Origin: an uncultured Candidatus Saccharibacteria bacterium
GTDB lineage: Bacteria > Patescibacteriota > Minisyncoccia > Phycocordibacterales > XYD1-FULL-46-19
DNA: 64,000 bases
Direction of reading: 5' to 3'
Assembly: GCA_964355855.1 (NCBI GenBank)
Contig: CAYHFD010000001.1
Coordinates: 9,921 to 73,920 of the forward strand
Positions 39,611-50,377 of this stretch are shown here, one piece after another; positions within the stretch are counted from its first letter, which is position 1; each line of letters opens with the position of its first letter. Position numbers and translations under genes: made by a program. The notes under the pieces were generated by a model. The model was given only the letters and a program-made list of their open reading frames with translations. It was not told the origin of the DNA and searched no databases.

Positions 39611-41356
39611 ATGTTGAAAAAGTCTGAGCTGGCAAAAACAATCCGCTCTTTACCTCAAAAAAATAAGTTTGTCTTAGTTGCTTTGGTAGCCGTTGGCACC
39701 CTGTGCCTAGTTGGAGCATTTTGGATATTCAATAATAAAAACCTCATAGAAATACCAGAAACCGGTGGTAAATATTTTGAAGGAGTGGTGGGTGCCCCCC
39801 GTTTTATTAACCCCCTACTCGCCATTTCTGATACCGACCGCGATTTGTCAGCTTTGATTTATTCCGGTTTAATGCGCAAGGATAAAACCAACCGACTCGT
39901 GCCCGACTTGGCTGAAAGTTATAAAATATCCGACGACGGCCTAACTTATACCTTTGTTCTACGAGATAAATTATTTTGGCACGATGGCACACCGCTGACT
40001 ACCGCCGACATCGTTTTTACTGTTGCCATGGCTAGTAACCAGGAAGTAAAAAGTATCAAAGCTGGCACTTGGAACGGTATTACCGTTAGGGCCGAGGATA
40101 AACAAACCGTAGTATTTCATCTACCCCAATCTTATTCATCTTTTTTGGGTCAAACTACTTTGGGTATACTACCGGCCCATATTTGGAAAGATGTTCCGAC
40201 AAATAATTTTTCTTTTAGTGAATATAATATAAAACCAGTCGGCTCTGGTCCTTACCAGTTGGTTGATATAAAAAAATCTGCTGCTGGTTTGCCTGAATAC
40301 TATGAACTTTCACCTTTTACCCGTTTTGCCTTAGACACACCACATATTAAAACTTTGCGCCTATACTTCTTTCCTAATGAAAATGACTTGCTCCAGGCTT
40401 TCGAAGACAAACATATTGATAGCCTAAGCGGTATTACTCCCGAAACAGCCCTCCGTCTTTCCCGTTTAGGACAAAAAGTGAACAAATCGAGTCTGCCACG
40501 AGTCTTTGGTATTTTCTTTAATCAAAACCAAGCTGAAGTCTTTACCCAAAGTGAAGTAAGAGAAGCCCTAAACGAAACTATTGATAAAAAATATATCGCT
40601 GACAAAATTCTAAAGGGTTATGCTCGACCCCTTAATGGACCTCTGCCCCCCAACTCTTTTTCTTATGAAGCCGAAAAGTCTACGCCAATGAGTCAAAAAA
40701 TAGAACGAGCTAAATCCCTTTTGGCTAAGGCTGGGTGGCAGGCTGGCCCCGACGGTGTGTTAACAAAAAAGGGTTCTAAATCAAACTATCGCTTAGAATT
40801 TACTATCACCACAGCTGATGTGGCCGAATTAAAAAGTATTGCGACTCTGGCAAAAAATCAGTGGGAAAAATTGGGAGCGAAAGTAGAAATAAAAGTTCTT
40901 GACACCTCGACCTTGCAACAAAATGCAATTCGTCCACGCAAATACGACGCTCTATTATTTGGCATTGCAACTGGTGATGATGGTGATCTATATCCATTCT
41001 GGCATTCCTCACAAAGACTGGATCCGGGACTTAATATTGCGATGTACACCAACGCTGAAAGTGATCGACTACTTGACCGCATCAAATTAGAGCCAAACTA
41101 CCAAGCTCGCACCAAACTTATTTCCCGATTTTTTCAAGAAATAAACAAGGATCGTCCGGCTATATTTATTTACAGTCCAGATTTTATTTACATCGTGCCC
41201 AAAGAATTAAAAGCATTTTCATTACCCAACATTAGTATTCCCGCCGATCGTTTTGCCACTGTTTATCAATGGTATGTAAAAACCGACCGAGTATGGCCAG
41301 TTTTTGCTCCCAAAAAACAACTACCACCACTTCAACCGTCAATAATTAATAAATAA
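39611..41356 (+). CDS. ABC transporter peptide-binding protein (family 5)
   Basis: PDLAESY.IS.DG.TYTF.LR...WHDG.PLT..DI.FT. Confidence 0.88.
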   Translation: MLKKSELAKTIRSLPQKNKFVLVALVAVGTLCLVGAFWIFNNKNLIEIPETGGKYFEGVVGAPRFINPLLAISDTDRDLSALIYSGLMRKDKTNRLVPDLAESYKISDDGLTYTFVLRDKLFWHDGTPLTTADIVFTVAMASNQEVKSIKAGTWNGITVRAEDKQTVVFHLPQSYSSFLGQTTLGILPAHIWKDVPTNNFSFSEYNIKPVGSGPYQLVDIKKSAAGLPEYYELSPFTRFALDTPHIKTLRLYFFPNENDLLQAFEDKHIDSLSGITPETALRLSRLGQKVNKSSLPRVFGIFFNQNQAEVFTQSEVREALNETIDKKYIADKILKGYARPLNGPLPPNSFSYEAEKSTPMSQKIERAKSLLAKAGWQAGPDGVLTKKGSKSNYRLEFTITTADVAELKSIATLAKNQWEKLGAKVEIKVLDTSTLQQNAIRPRKYDALLFGIATGDDGDLYPFWHSSQRLDPGLNIAMYTNAESDRLLDRIKLEPNYQARTKLISRFFQEINKDRPAIFIYSPDFIYIVPKELKAFSLPNISIPADRFATVYQWYVKTDRVWPVFAPKKQLPPLQPSIINK

Positions 41357-41382
41357 TAGTAAATAAAATAACAACTAATATC

Positions 41383-43278
41383 ATGCCCCCAATCAGAAAA
41401 CCCAATCCTAGTAAAAACTCCAACCCTCGTCCAGCCCAACAACATGGACAAGCCCCAACCTCGGTCGGGACTCGCCCCCCAGGCGAACGGGCGGCTTTGG
41501 GGTCAAATAAGAATCGTAGTCCACGCCCTCCTCGAGGACGGCATTTTGGTAGCAACAATCAAAAAGAGGAGAATAACAAAGCCAACAAAGCTATACCCCC
41601 AATCGCCCCCGGTGTTATCCGTATTATTCCCCTTGGTGGCGTCGAGGAGGTTGGTAAAAACATGACCGCCATTGAAATGGGTGACGATATTGTGGTTGTC
41701 GACATTGGTTTACAATTTCCCGATGAAAACACTCCGGGTGTTGATTATATTATTCCCGATACCACCTATCTCGAGTCAAACAAAAATAAAATCCGAGGAG
41801 TTATTATTACTCACGGTCACTTAGACCATATTGGTGGTATTCCCTATGTCATGCCCAAGATTGGTAACCCCCCAATGTACACCAGTATCTTAACTTCGGT
41901 TATGATAAAAAAAAGACAAGAAGAATTTGTTCATTTGCCGAAGCTAAATATAAATGTGGTGGAACAAAAAGATACGGTGAAGCTTGGTAATTTTAAATTA
42001 CACTTCTTTGGTGCTACTCACACCATTCCCGACACTTTAGGCATTATTTTGGAAACGCCTTTTGGCAACATCATTATGACTGGTGACATAAAAATTGAAA
42101 CCGTCAATAATGAACCAGTGCCTTTTGAGGTTGAAACATATAGTAAACTTGGAGCGGAAAATAATCTCTTACTTATTGCCGACTCCACTAATGTTGAAAA
42201 AGAAGGCTTTTCCTTTCCCGAAAAAGTAGTTCATGACAATCTAAAACAACTTATTGAACGCGCCCCGGGGCGTATTGTTGTCAGTACCTTTGCTTCACTT
42301 TTTGACCGTATTGTCTATGTGATTCAAGCGGCCGAGCTGTTGGGTAAAAAAGTGGTAGTCGAAGGTCGCTCGATGAAAACCAATGTCGAAATTGCTCGCG
42401 AATTAGGCATACTTAAAGTCAAAGACTCGACGATTGTCAGCGCCGACCGAATGGAAGAATATCCGGAAAATAAACTGGTCATCTTGGCCACCGGCGCCCA
42501 GGGCGATGAATTTGCCGCCCTCATGCGTATTTCCAACAAGACTCATAAATATGTGAAATTACACAAAGGTGACACGGTCTTACTATCCAGCTCGGTTGTC
42601 CCCGGTAATGAAAAAAGTGTGGCCCGTCTTAAAGACAACCTCGCTCGCCAAGGGGCCCGGATTTTGCATTATGGGGTAGCCGAAATCCACTCTTCCGGCC
42701 ACTCCTACCGCGGTGAAATTGAATATATCCACAAAATGATTAAGGCCAAATATTTTATTCCTGTTCACGGTAGCCACTACATGCTACGAGTCCACGAACG
42801 GGTGGCCCAAGAACTGGGGGTTAAAGATGAAAATATTATTGTCCCCGATAACGGTAGTGTTATTGAAATCGCCGATGCTGGCAAAAAGTTTTACCTGCTA
42901 AAAGAAACTGCTTCGAGTCGGGTAGTTATGGTCGACGGTCTGGGTACCGGTAATGTCGAAGAAGTGGTTATCCGCGACCGCCAGCTTCTATCCCAAGATG
43001 GCATGTTTGTGATTATTGCCACGATTGATGTTAAAACCGGCAAGGTCCGCAAATCACCAGATATTATTTCCCGTGGTTTTGTTTATCTAAAAGAATCCCA
43101 GGATATGCTGCACACCGTTCGCAACCTCATTAAAAAATCGATCGAAGACTCAACCAGTAAGATGCATCCGGTCAATTTTGACTATGTTAAAAATACGGTG
43201 CGTGAGGAAGTCGGACGATACCTATTTCAAAAAACCCACAAACGACCAATCATTTTACCTGTTCTAATCGAGGTTTAA
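41383..43278 (+). CDS. rnj: Ribonuclease J
   Basis: PLGGVEEVGKNM, THGHLDHIGG, HSSGH. Confidence 0.95.
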   Translation: MPPIRKPNPSKNSNPRPAQQHGQAPTSVGTRPPGERAALGSNKNRSPRPPRGRHFGSNNQKEENNKANKAIPPIAPGVIRIIPLGGVEEVGKNMTAIEMGDDIVVVDIGLQFPDENTPGVDYIIPDTTYLESNKNKIRGVIITHGHLDHIGGIPYVMPKIGNPPMYTSILTSVMIKKRQEEFVHLPKLNINVVEQKDTVKLGNFKLHFFGATHTIPDTLGIILETPFGNIIMTGDIKIETVNNEPVPFEVETYSKLGAENNLLLIADSTNVEKEGFSFPEKVVHDNLKQLIERAPGRIVVSTFASLFDRIVYVIQAAELLGKKVVVEGRSMKTNVEIARELGILKVKDSTIVSADRMEEYPENKLVILATGAQGDEFAALMRISNKTHKYVKLHKGDTVLLSSSVVPGNEKSVARLKDNLARQGARILHYGVAEIHSSGHSYRGEIEYIHKMIKAKYFIPVHGSHYMLRVHERVAQELGVKDENIIVPDNGSVIEIADAGKKFYLLKETASSRVVMVDGLGTGNVEEVVIRDRQLLSQDGMFVIIATIDVKTGKVRKSPDIISRGFVYLKESQDMLHTVRNLIKKSIEDSTSKMHPVNFDYVKNTVREEVGRYLFQKTHKRPIILPVLIEV

Positions 43279-43300
43279 CTACCACCTAAACTCATAATCT

Positions 43301-44494
43301 GTGACCAACCCTAAACTTTTTACCCCCCAAACTCTTCGGCGCCACACCTATATTGCGGTTTTATTTTTAACTTTAAACGGTTCTTTAGTCTCTTATATAA
43401 ACTCTAGCTTCCTATCACAGCTAGTAGGAGAAAAAGCTATCGGCTGGATTTATATCGTCGCGTCCCTCATTACCATTGCCGGTTTTTGGGCCTTACCTTT
43501 TGTTTTAAGAAAAAACGATTTACGACAAATACTATTGATAACTACCATGGTTATGGTTACCGCCACAGGGCTGTTAGGCTTAGTGGCACAGCCCACGGCC
43601 ATTTTGATTGCTATTTTTTGTATTTTTTATATTGCCGGTGCTCTAGCCCGTTATGTTTTAGATTTATATCTTGAAAATATATCCGTCGACAAAGTAACCG
43701 GTGGGATTAGGGGTTTATTTTTAACCATTATAAATGTCGCCTGGCTGGCCTCGCCACTTTTGGCTGGTTTTATGTTAAACGGCACCGCAAATTACCAGTT
43801 GGTTTATTTGGGGGCCACGGTTATTGCCCTGCCTTTGTTTGCCATTATTATTTGGGGACTAACCAAACAGTCAATAAAAAATATTCCGCCGGTTTCCCCT
43901 GTCTCGTCTTTTGCTATCTTATTTAAACCTCAATCAGATTTTGATCGTGATATTAAAAACATCATTTCTATTGATTTATTGCTAAACTTTTTTTATTCCT
44001 TAATGGTGGTTTACACGCCAATCTATTTATATCAACACATTGGCCTATCTTGGGACCAAATTGGTTTAGTGTTTACAGTTATGCTTTTACCGTTTGTCCT
44101 GCTTGATTACCCCCTTGGCCTATTGGCTGACAAAAAAATCGGTGAAAAGGAAATTTTGGTTGGTGGTTTAGTTATTATGGGCCTGGCCACTATCGCCCTA
44201 TCTTTTATCAGTGGCGCTGGACTGGCGGTTTGGGCCTCACTTCTTTTTATTACTCGTATTGGCGCTGCTTCGGTCGAAGTCGCCAAAGAAATTTATCTGT
44301 TCAAACGAATCACCCCGGGCGACACCTCGATTTTGTCCCTATCGCGTATGATGGTGTCATTTTCTTATATTATTGGGCCCGCCCTGGCTACCGTTTTTCT
44401 GGCTTTTTTTGATTTTCGTTTTATTTTCCTTGCCCTTGGCATAATTGTCCTACTGGGTCTACGACCAGCCCTCGCTTTAATCGACACTAGATAG
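43301..44494 (+). CDS. MFS transporter
   Basis: 12-TM pattern, G.LADK.IGEK. Confidence 0.85.
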   Translation: MTNPKLFTPQTLRRHTYIAVLFLTLNGSLVSYINSSFLSQLVGEKAIGWIYIVASLITIAGFWALPFVLRKNDLRQILLITTMVMVTATGLLGLVAQPTAILIAIFCIFYIAGALARYVLDLYLENISVDKVTGGIRGLFLTIINVAWLASPLLAGFMLNGTANYQLVYLGATVIALPLFAIIIWGLTKQSIKNIPPVSPVSSFAILFKPQSDFDRDIKNIISIDLLLNFFYSLMVVYTPIYLYQHIGLSWDQIGLVFTVMLLPFVLLDYPLGLLADKKIGEKEILVGGLVIMGLATIALSFISGAGLAVWASLLFITRIGAASVEVAKEIYLFKRITPGDTSILSLSRMMVSFSYIIGPALATVFLAFFDFRFIFLALGIIVLLGLRPALALIDTR

Positions 44495-44613
44495 CAAACC
44501 CGTAATCCACCATTTGGCCTTGCTAAATTTAGTCCTTGGTGGTATTTTGGTAGCTGTTTTGATCTTGCCTTGTTCAAGGGGAGCGAGGCAAACTCATTGG
44601 AGACAGTTGTTTT

Positions 44614-44895
44614 ATGCCAAAAGCCAATTTGTTGTTGTCGATGGTCGTTGTTGTCTTCCGGCGGACCAACTCTGGAACAATCCAGGACGAGGTGCGTCAT
44701 GACCTTCGAGTTCCAAACGGTGTTGATCTCCCGCCAAAGGGTGGTGAATTCAATGTCAGAGGGGGCCTACCCGGTATATTCGGTGGGGTTTGCATCGTCA
44801 AACCCGGCACAAATGGAACCTGTCAGGTCAAGCGGGTCTCGACGCACAGAGACCCCGCCTTGGCTACCCTACGGGTAAAACTCGCCCCCCGCTAA
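44614..44895 (+). CDS. Orphan protein in stand-alone unit
   Basis: SD GGAG, TTGCTA-17-TATTTT, terminator at about 44918-44957; frame chosen by SD. Confidence 0.45.
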   Translation: MPKANLLLSMVVVVFRRTNSGTIQDEVRHDLRVPNGVDLPPKGGEFNVRGGLPGIFGGVCIVKPGTNGTCQVKRVSTHRDPALATLRVKLAPR

Positions 44896-45103
44896 ACGAC
44901 CACTCCAACCCATACCGACCGCCAACATCAAACCAGGTGCTGGCGGTTGTCTTTTTATTAATGAGTTTCACTTTCTTTTCGAAAAGTTTTATATCTAAAG
45001 CGAGACTATTCCGTTTGATTTGCCTTGCACAGGGCGACGGCCCGAGCAGAGCAAATTTTCAGCAGAAAATTATGTGTGCAAATCAAACGGAATAGGCGAG
45101 CGC

Positions 45104-48061
45104 CTATTTCATCAACTGTCGCAGGTGACAATACTCGCACTTGGCATCAGCGCAAGTTTTGTCCCAAAATGATAAGGTGAGAATTTCCGTGGCTACTTTT
45201 TCAATAACCATTTTTAAATTGGCCACCTTCGCTTCACTCACTTCAAATTTTTCTTTTTTATATTTACCACTATCGCTGGGTTCGACAAAGTCTATTTCCC
45301 CCGAGATCATTTGGTATTTTTTATCTTCAAATAAATCCAACAACAATTTGTAAAATACCAGTTGCCGAAAATAGTTACCATCGGCATCTTTAGTCTCGCC
45401 CAAAATTTGGTTGCGACTTTTAGGCTGGCCGGTTTTATAATCCACCACATTGATCTCGGCCCCAGTACCAACAAATTCAACTTTATCTAAGTTTCCCTTC
45501 AATTTAATATCCGGTGTCAGTAATACCCCTTTGATTTGAAATTCGGTTAAAACATTAAGATTAAATTTACCGTCATATTCATCATACCAACCCGACAACG
45601 CTTCCTCGCCTTTAGCCAAACTATCAGTAAAATCACTAGCGGTTAAAGACTGGGCTTGCAACCGTCGCTGAAAGCTAGCCAATAATGATTCCTTGGTTAA
45701 ACCTCTGCTCTTTCCTTGGGCAAAAACATCTTGCAAGGCACCATGAATTGCCAGTCCATATAACTGGTGTTTGGCCGGCACCGCTGGTAGGCGAATAAGA
45801 TTGCGGTAAAAATATTGCCACGGACAAGTTAAATAGTTATTAAGCGCCGTCACCGACAAACCCTGCTCATGAAAAAGTTCGGCCACAAACTGCATATCCC
45901 GCAAACTACTTTCTGTTACTGATTCTGGCAAAAGAAAAACAGCGCGCTCTTTTTTACTATCACTATTCCACTTTTCGGTCTCTATGGCTTGAACCAATTC
46001 TGGTCGCAAATCGGTCACAAACCGGCTAGGGACTTGTTCCCGACCGGTTTCCCCAATTTTAGAATAGGTAATAGTCACCGCCTGCTTTCCTCTAGTTAAA
46101 GCGACATAAAACAATCGCCGTTCATCGGCATCATCAGTCGCCAACACTTCCGCTTTTTGGCTTTCGGCGGGCAAATCATAAACCTCGTTTAGCAGTTTTA
46201 ATTTGTCGCGGTTTTGGCGCCCACCAAAGTGACCATCGTAAACCCCCACGATATAGACCTGGTCAAATTCCAAACCCTTGGCTTTGTGGGTAGTCATTAG
46301 ACGCACTTTACCTTTATAACCTTGACCGGCTTTTTTCTTCAGTAAAACTTTATGTTTCTGGGCAATATTTAAAAAGGCCAAAAAATCCGCCAGGCGCGCC
46401 CCGGGGCGACTGGCCACGACCGAAGCCGCCAAATCAAAAAAAGTCGCGATTGTTTCTAGTCGTCCCCGAGCTTTATGATCAGTTATTACAAACTCGATCA
46501 ATTTTGATTCTTTAAGCAACCGCTCCATAAACGGTAAAAGATTCATATTTTCACTAGCCACCTTAAGCAACGATAATTGATCAAAAAGTTTAGCCTCTTT
46601 TTCTTTTAGAATTTCAATCAGCTCTCGCTTGGCTTCATAGGCTTTACGGATATAGCTATAAGTAGCAAGTGGCGCTAAACCAAAAAAATCAATATGAAGT
46701 AACCGGGCCAATCTTTCATTGTCGCCAAAATTATTTAGTGCTTCAAAAACCGTAATCATTTTCTGCACATCGAGGTCTGACAACAAGTCATCGTCCGACT
46801 CGACCGCCACCGCCAAACCCCACTTACGCAAAACAGCCGAGAGTGGTAAAGCATCACGATTGTCCCGATATAAAACCGCAATTTCATGTGGTTCGACCCC
46901 AGCCGTAATTTTAGATTGAATATCCTTGGCTAAATAAAAATATTCGGTGATCGGGGAGTCAAACTCGCCCACTTTAATCAAAGGCCCCGCTTTTTTACCA
47001 AAAGCCACCAGGGGACTTTTGCTCGGCAAAACCGCTTCAGCCTGATCTAAAATAGCCTGCCCAGAACGATAGTTATCAGTCAAAGTTATTACCCTTGATT
47101 TGGGGTATAAACGGGAAAAGTAAAAAAAGTTTTCGAGTGAGGCCCCTTGGAACCGAAAAATGGCCTGTTTTTCATCCCCCACCACAAACAAATTTGGATT
47201 ATTATGAAAGCTGGCAATTAGTTCCAAAATTTTATTTTGGGCATTGTTAGTATCTTGATGTTCATCAACCAAAATATATTGATGCTCCTCTTGCAACATT
47301 GAAAGCAAAGTGGTATTACTTTTCAACTCTCGCAACACCTCCATAATCATGTCGTTAAAATCGTAAAGTTTTTTCTCGTTTAAACTGGCTTCATAGGCTT
47401 CATAAACTTCAGCCAACTCCAAATTTTTATCAATCTCCCGTCGTAATTTTTCGTAAACTTTTTTTATTTTACCTTTATAGGCGCCCTGATCGTGACGTAA
47501 ATCAGAAATATTGGCATATTCCCTATCGGCTTTAACGCAAATATTTTTATACTCTTCCACACTAACTCCCTCCCGTTTTAAGTCACCAATGGTACCAACA
47601 ATACCGCGCACATAATAAGTGGGGTCACCATAGGGTCGTAATAGTTTAAGGGGTAAACTATCAATTATTTTTTCTACAATCCCAATCTGATCGATTTCGG
47701 TAATACTAGCCGAACCAATGATCCGCGGAAATTCCTCGGGATAATTTTTAATTATGTTGTTACAAAAACCGTGAAAAGTACTAATCACCACCCGATAGGC
47801 CCGACTACCAATCAGGCGGGCTAATCTATCCCGCATATTGGCGGTAGCATTTTCGGTAAAAGTCAGGGCGAGAATTTGCTCGGGGGCACTGTCGGTCACT
47901 CGCAAAATATTGGCAATCCGCATCGTCAAAATCTGGGTTTTACCCGTACCCGGACCAGCGATGACCATGACTGGCCCCTCAATAGTGTCAACGGCTTCTT
48001 TTTGGGCTGGATTTAGGTTGTTATAAGCTTTTTGGAAGTTTTTCTCATCTAGCATAGCCAA
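45104..48061 (-). CDS. UvrD/PcrA-family helicase with C-terminal PD-(D/E)xK nuclease
   Basis: AGPGTGKT, VDEHQD, GDEKQAIFRF, HKAKGLEF, ERRLFYVA, DYKTG. Confidence 0.92.
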   Translation of the reverse strand: MAMLDEKNFQKAYNNLNPAQKEAVDTIEGPVMVIAGPGTGKTQILTMRIANILRVTDSAPEQILALTFTENATANMRDRLARLIGSRAYRVVISTFHGFCNNIIKNYPEEFPRIIGSASITEIDQIGIVEKIIDSLPLKLLRPYGDPTYYVRGIVGTIGDLKREGVSVEEYKNICVKADREYANISDLRHDQGAYKGKIKKVYEKLRREIDKNLELAEVYEAYEASLNEKKLYDFNDMIMEVLRELKSNTTLLSMLQEEHQYILVDEHQDTNNAQNKILELIASFHNNPNLFVVGDEKQAIFRFQGASLENFFYFSRLYPKSRVITLTDNYRSGQAILDQAEAVLPSKSPLVAFGKKAGPLIKVGEFDSPITEYFYLAKDIQSKITAGVEPHEIAVLYRDNRDALPLSAVLRKWGLAVAVESDDDLLSDLDVQKMITVFEALNNFGDNERLARLLHIDFFGLAPLATYSYIRKAYEAKRELIEILKEKEAKLFDQLSLLKVASENMNLLPFMERLLKESKLIEFVITDHKARGRLETIATFFDLAASVVASRPGARLADFLAFLNIAQKHKVLLKKKAGQGYKGKVRLMTTHKAKGLEFDQVYIVGVYDGHFGGRQNRDKLKLLNEVYDLPAESQKAEVLATDDADERRLFYVALTRGKQAVTITYSKIGETGREQVPSRFVTDLRPELVQAIETEKWNSDSKKERAVFLLPESVTESSLRDMQFVAELFHEQGLSVTALNNYLTCPWQYFYRNLIRLPAVPAKHQLYGLAIHGALQDVFAQGKSRGLTKESLLASFQRRLQAQSLTASDFTDSLAKGEEALSGWYDEYDGKFNLNVLTEFQIKGVLLTPDIKLKGNLDKVEFVGTGAEINVVDYKTGQPKSRNQILGETKDADGNYFRQLVFYKLLLDLFEDKKYQMISGEIDFVEPSDSGKYKKEKFEVSEAKVANLKMVIEKVATEILTLSFWDKTCADAKCEYCHLRQLMK

Positions 48062-48127
48062 AGTATAGCACCCCTTGAAAACAGTCGGGAATAGTGTTTA
48101 ATGTCTACCAGAAAGGAGGCATGGTCA

Positions 48128-48325
48128 ATGAGCCACAATCATCACCCCAAAAGTGGGCGCAAGCATCGACGGCATTTTGGCCGTAGCTTCGCTGGCTGGG
48201 CCGGTGATAAATTTTCGTTCATCTTGTACTATCTGCCTTTATTCGGCAGAAAACAAGCGGAATACATCACTGGTGAACAACTAGCCAAACGGCTAGAAGC
48301 CGAAGATAATGGTAAAAAGTTATGA
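48128..48325 (+). CDS. Orphan small protein (65 aa)
   Basis: SD AAAGGAGG; terminator 48327-48353. Confidence 0.5.
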   Translation: MSHNHHPKSGRKHRRHFGRSFAGWAGDKFSFILYYLPLFGRKQAEYITGEQLAKRLEAEDNGKKL

Positions 48326-48369
48326 CCGCCCGGAAACTTCGCGTTTCCGGGCGATTATTTTTTGATTTT

Positions 48370-48702
48370 TTAAAAAATTAAATGCTTTTCTATGTCGGCA
48401 AGATTTATCTGGTCATGGTCAACATCATAAACCACCACCCCTTGAGCTAAGACAAGCACCTGGGGTGATTCATGTTTAATACCGGTTTCTTCGGCAATTT
48501 GTTTAGCCATTTCCCGGTCAGCCATTACATCGACTAAATATATTGGAACCGTTATAGTTCGGTTGATATCGGCTGAAGAAAACATTGCAAAAATTCTGGC
48601 ACTAGCCCCACAACTTGGGCTATGTTTAAACACAATTACTGGTTGTTTATAGGATAAGTTTTTAGTTTCGAGCCAACCTTCAATCGTTGTCAGTTTTTCC
48701 AT
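48370..48702 (-). CDS. YtxJ/DUF2847 thioredoxin-fold protein
   Basis: FKHSPSCGAS, GIKHESPQ. Confidence 0.85.
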   Translation of the reverse strand: MEKLTTIEGWLETKNLSYKQPVIVFKHSPSCGASARIFAMFSSADINRTITVPIYLVDVMADREMAKQIAEETGIKHESPQVLVLAQGVVVYDVDHDQINLADIEKHLIF

Positions 48703-48754
48703 AGGCTGATATAGTTAGCGGTAATTAATCTAATCAATACTAACACATACTATT

Positions 48755-49204
48755 ATGTTGCACGAAAAAATAAAAAGTGAAATGAAAGAAGCCATGAAAG
48801 CCAAGGAGGCGGTTCGACTGTCGGTTATTCGAGGCCTATTGTCGGCTTTTACCAACGAGGCTGTTGCGAAAGGCAGAAAACCAGATGAAATGCTGACTGA
48901 CGACGAAACCTTGGCGGTATTAAAACGCGCTTCTAATCAAAGAAAAGATGCTACCTCCCAATATCGCGCCGGTGGTCGTGAAGACCTAGCGATAAATGAA
49001 GAAGCTGAACTAATTATTATTCAAGGCTATTTACCGGAACAAATGTCCCGTGAGGAAATTAAAAAAATTGCCTCCACTAAAATTGCCGAACTAGGTGCCG
49101 ATAAATCTAAAATCGGTCAACTAACAGGGGCAGTAATGAAAGAAACGGCCGGCCGGGCCGATGGGGGTGAAGTAAAGTCTGTTTTAGAAGAGCTGTTAAC
49201 CTAA
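48755..49204 (+). CDS. GatB/YqeY-domain protein
   Basis: MKEAMKAK, GGREDLA..E..E...I..YLP, GRADG. Confidence 0.9.
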   Translation: MLHEKIKSEMKEAMKAKEAVRLSVIRGLLSAFTNEAVAKGRKPDEMLTDDETLAVLKRASNQRKDATSQYRAGGREDLAINEEAELIIIQGYLPEQMSREEIKKIASTKIAELGADKSKIGQLTGAVMKETAGRADGGEVKSVLEELLT

Positions 49205-49277
49205 AAATAATAATTTTAAAAAATAGAGCCCGGGCCACGCACGTGTGACCCGGGTCTTTTTTTACCTTCAGCCTACC

Positions 49278-49394
49278 TCACCTAAAAAGGTGAGTTCCGA
49301 TCAGACATCGAAACCAAACAAAGGCAAAAACAAAAACAACAAAAAGTCCAACCATCAAGAAACGTCCCCCAACGCCCAGTAAATGAAAAGTCAT
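49278..49394 (-). CDS. Hydrophobic 38-aa peptide in stand-alone unit
   Basis: MTFHLLGVGGRFLMVGLFVVFVFAFVWFRCLIGTHLFR; SD AAGGGAG; TTGAAA-16-TATTAT. Confidence 0.45.
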   Translation of the reverse strand: MTFHLLGVGGRFLMVGLFVVFVFAFVWFRCLIGTHLFR

Positions 49395-49527
49395 GGTCGT
49401 CGCTCCCTTTTGTACCTCAACACTAAACAAATAATACTCTAACTCTTTTAATTTTCAACTACTCTCGCTCTGTCTAGTTTTTAGCACCCACTGCTTCTTA
49501 TTCTTTTTTCTTGTTTGCCTCACCGGC

Positions 49528-50220
49528 TTATTTTCGGGCTTTGGCTTGAACTTTTTCTTCCATTTGTTCCTCAACAATCTTTTCTTCTTCTTCTTTTTGT
49601 AATCGCGAGAAACCAAACAAAGCAAAAGCAATAATGGCCCCAATAACTATGGCCAATAAATCAATTAAAAATAAAGTTAAACCACCAGCAACCACTACTC
49701 GATTCATCATCACCGTCCCAATACCAACCGCGCACAGTGGTGGCAACAAAGAGACCGACACCGCGACACCCGGCAAAGTGGCAGACAAATCCTGTTTAAC
49801 CCACGCATAAGCTACCGCGAGACCAGAAGCCAAAGAAATTAAAAACATAATCAGGTCAGGCCGAATCCGCAGCAATATTTCGTCCCCAGCCACATTGCTC
49901 GAAAACAAAAAAGCAGTCGCCAAAGACACTATATAAACCAAAACCATTGAGCGAAAAATTATTTTAAGCGCCCGGCCGATGGCTAGCGGTGACGAAGTAA
50001 CCACTCCCATCGCCAGCGACAACAACGGAAACAATATTGGCGTAATCAAAATACCACCAATAGTTATGCCGGCATTGTCAGTAATAAGACCAAGGGTCGC
50101 AATAAATGTTGCAATGGCTAAAAGAAAATGAAAATCCGCTCGCGCCTGGCTTTCATGTAAAAGTTGAATGAGCGTTTTTTTCTGCTCTAGAAAGCTAGCA
50201 ACAAAAAAAGTTTTGAACAT
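49528..50220 (-). CDS. DUF389/TIGR00341 membrane protein
   Basis: IATLGL..DN...IG..LI.P, LPGVAVSVSLLPPL. Confidence 0.85.
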   Translation of the reverse strand: MFKTFFVASFLEQKKTLIQLLHESQARADFHFLLAIATFIATLGLITDNAGITIGGILITPILFPLLSLAMGVVTSSPLAIGRALKIIFRSMVLVYIVSLATAFLFSSNVAGDEILLRIRPDLIMFLISLASGLAVAYAWVKQDLSATLPGVAVSVSLLPPLCAVGIGTVMMNRVVVAGGLTLFLIDLLAIVIGAIIAFALFGFSRLQKEEEEKIVEEQMEEKVQAKARK

Positions 50221-50377
50221 GATATATTTGTCTATTATTGTAACACAAAAATATCAAAGCAAGTGCTAAAAAGATGTGGACATTTGCAAATATAAAAATA
50301 AAATCTTTAATTTTTTTACAAAACAACAAAAGACTCAATCACTCCCCTTTCAGTATGTTTTCTGCTAGACTAGCTCT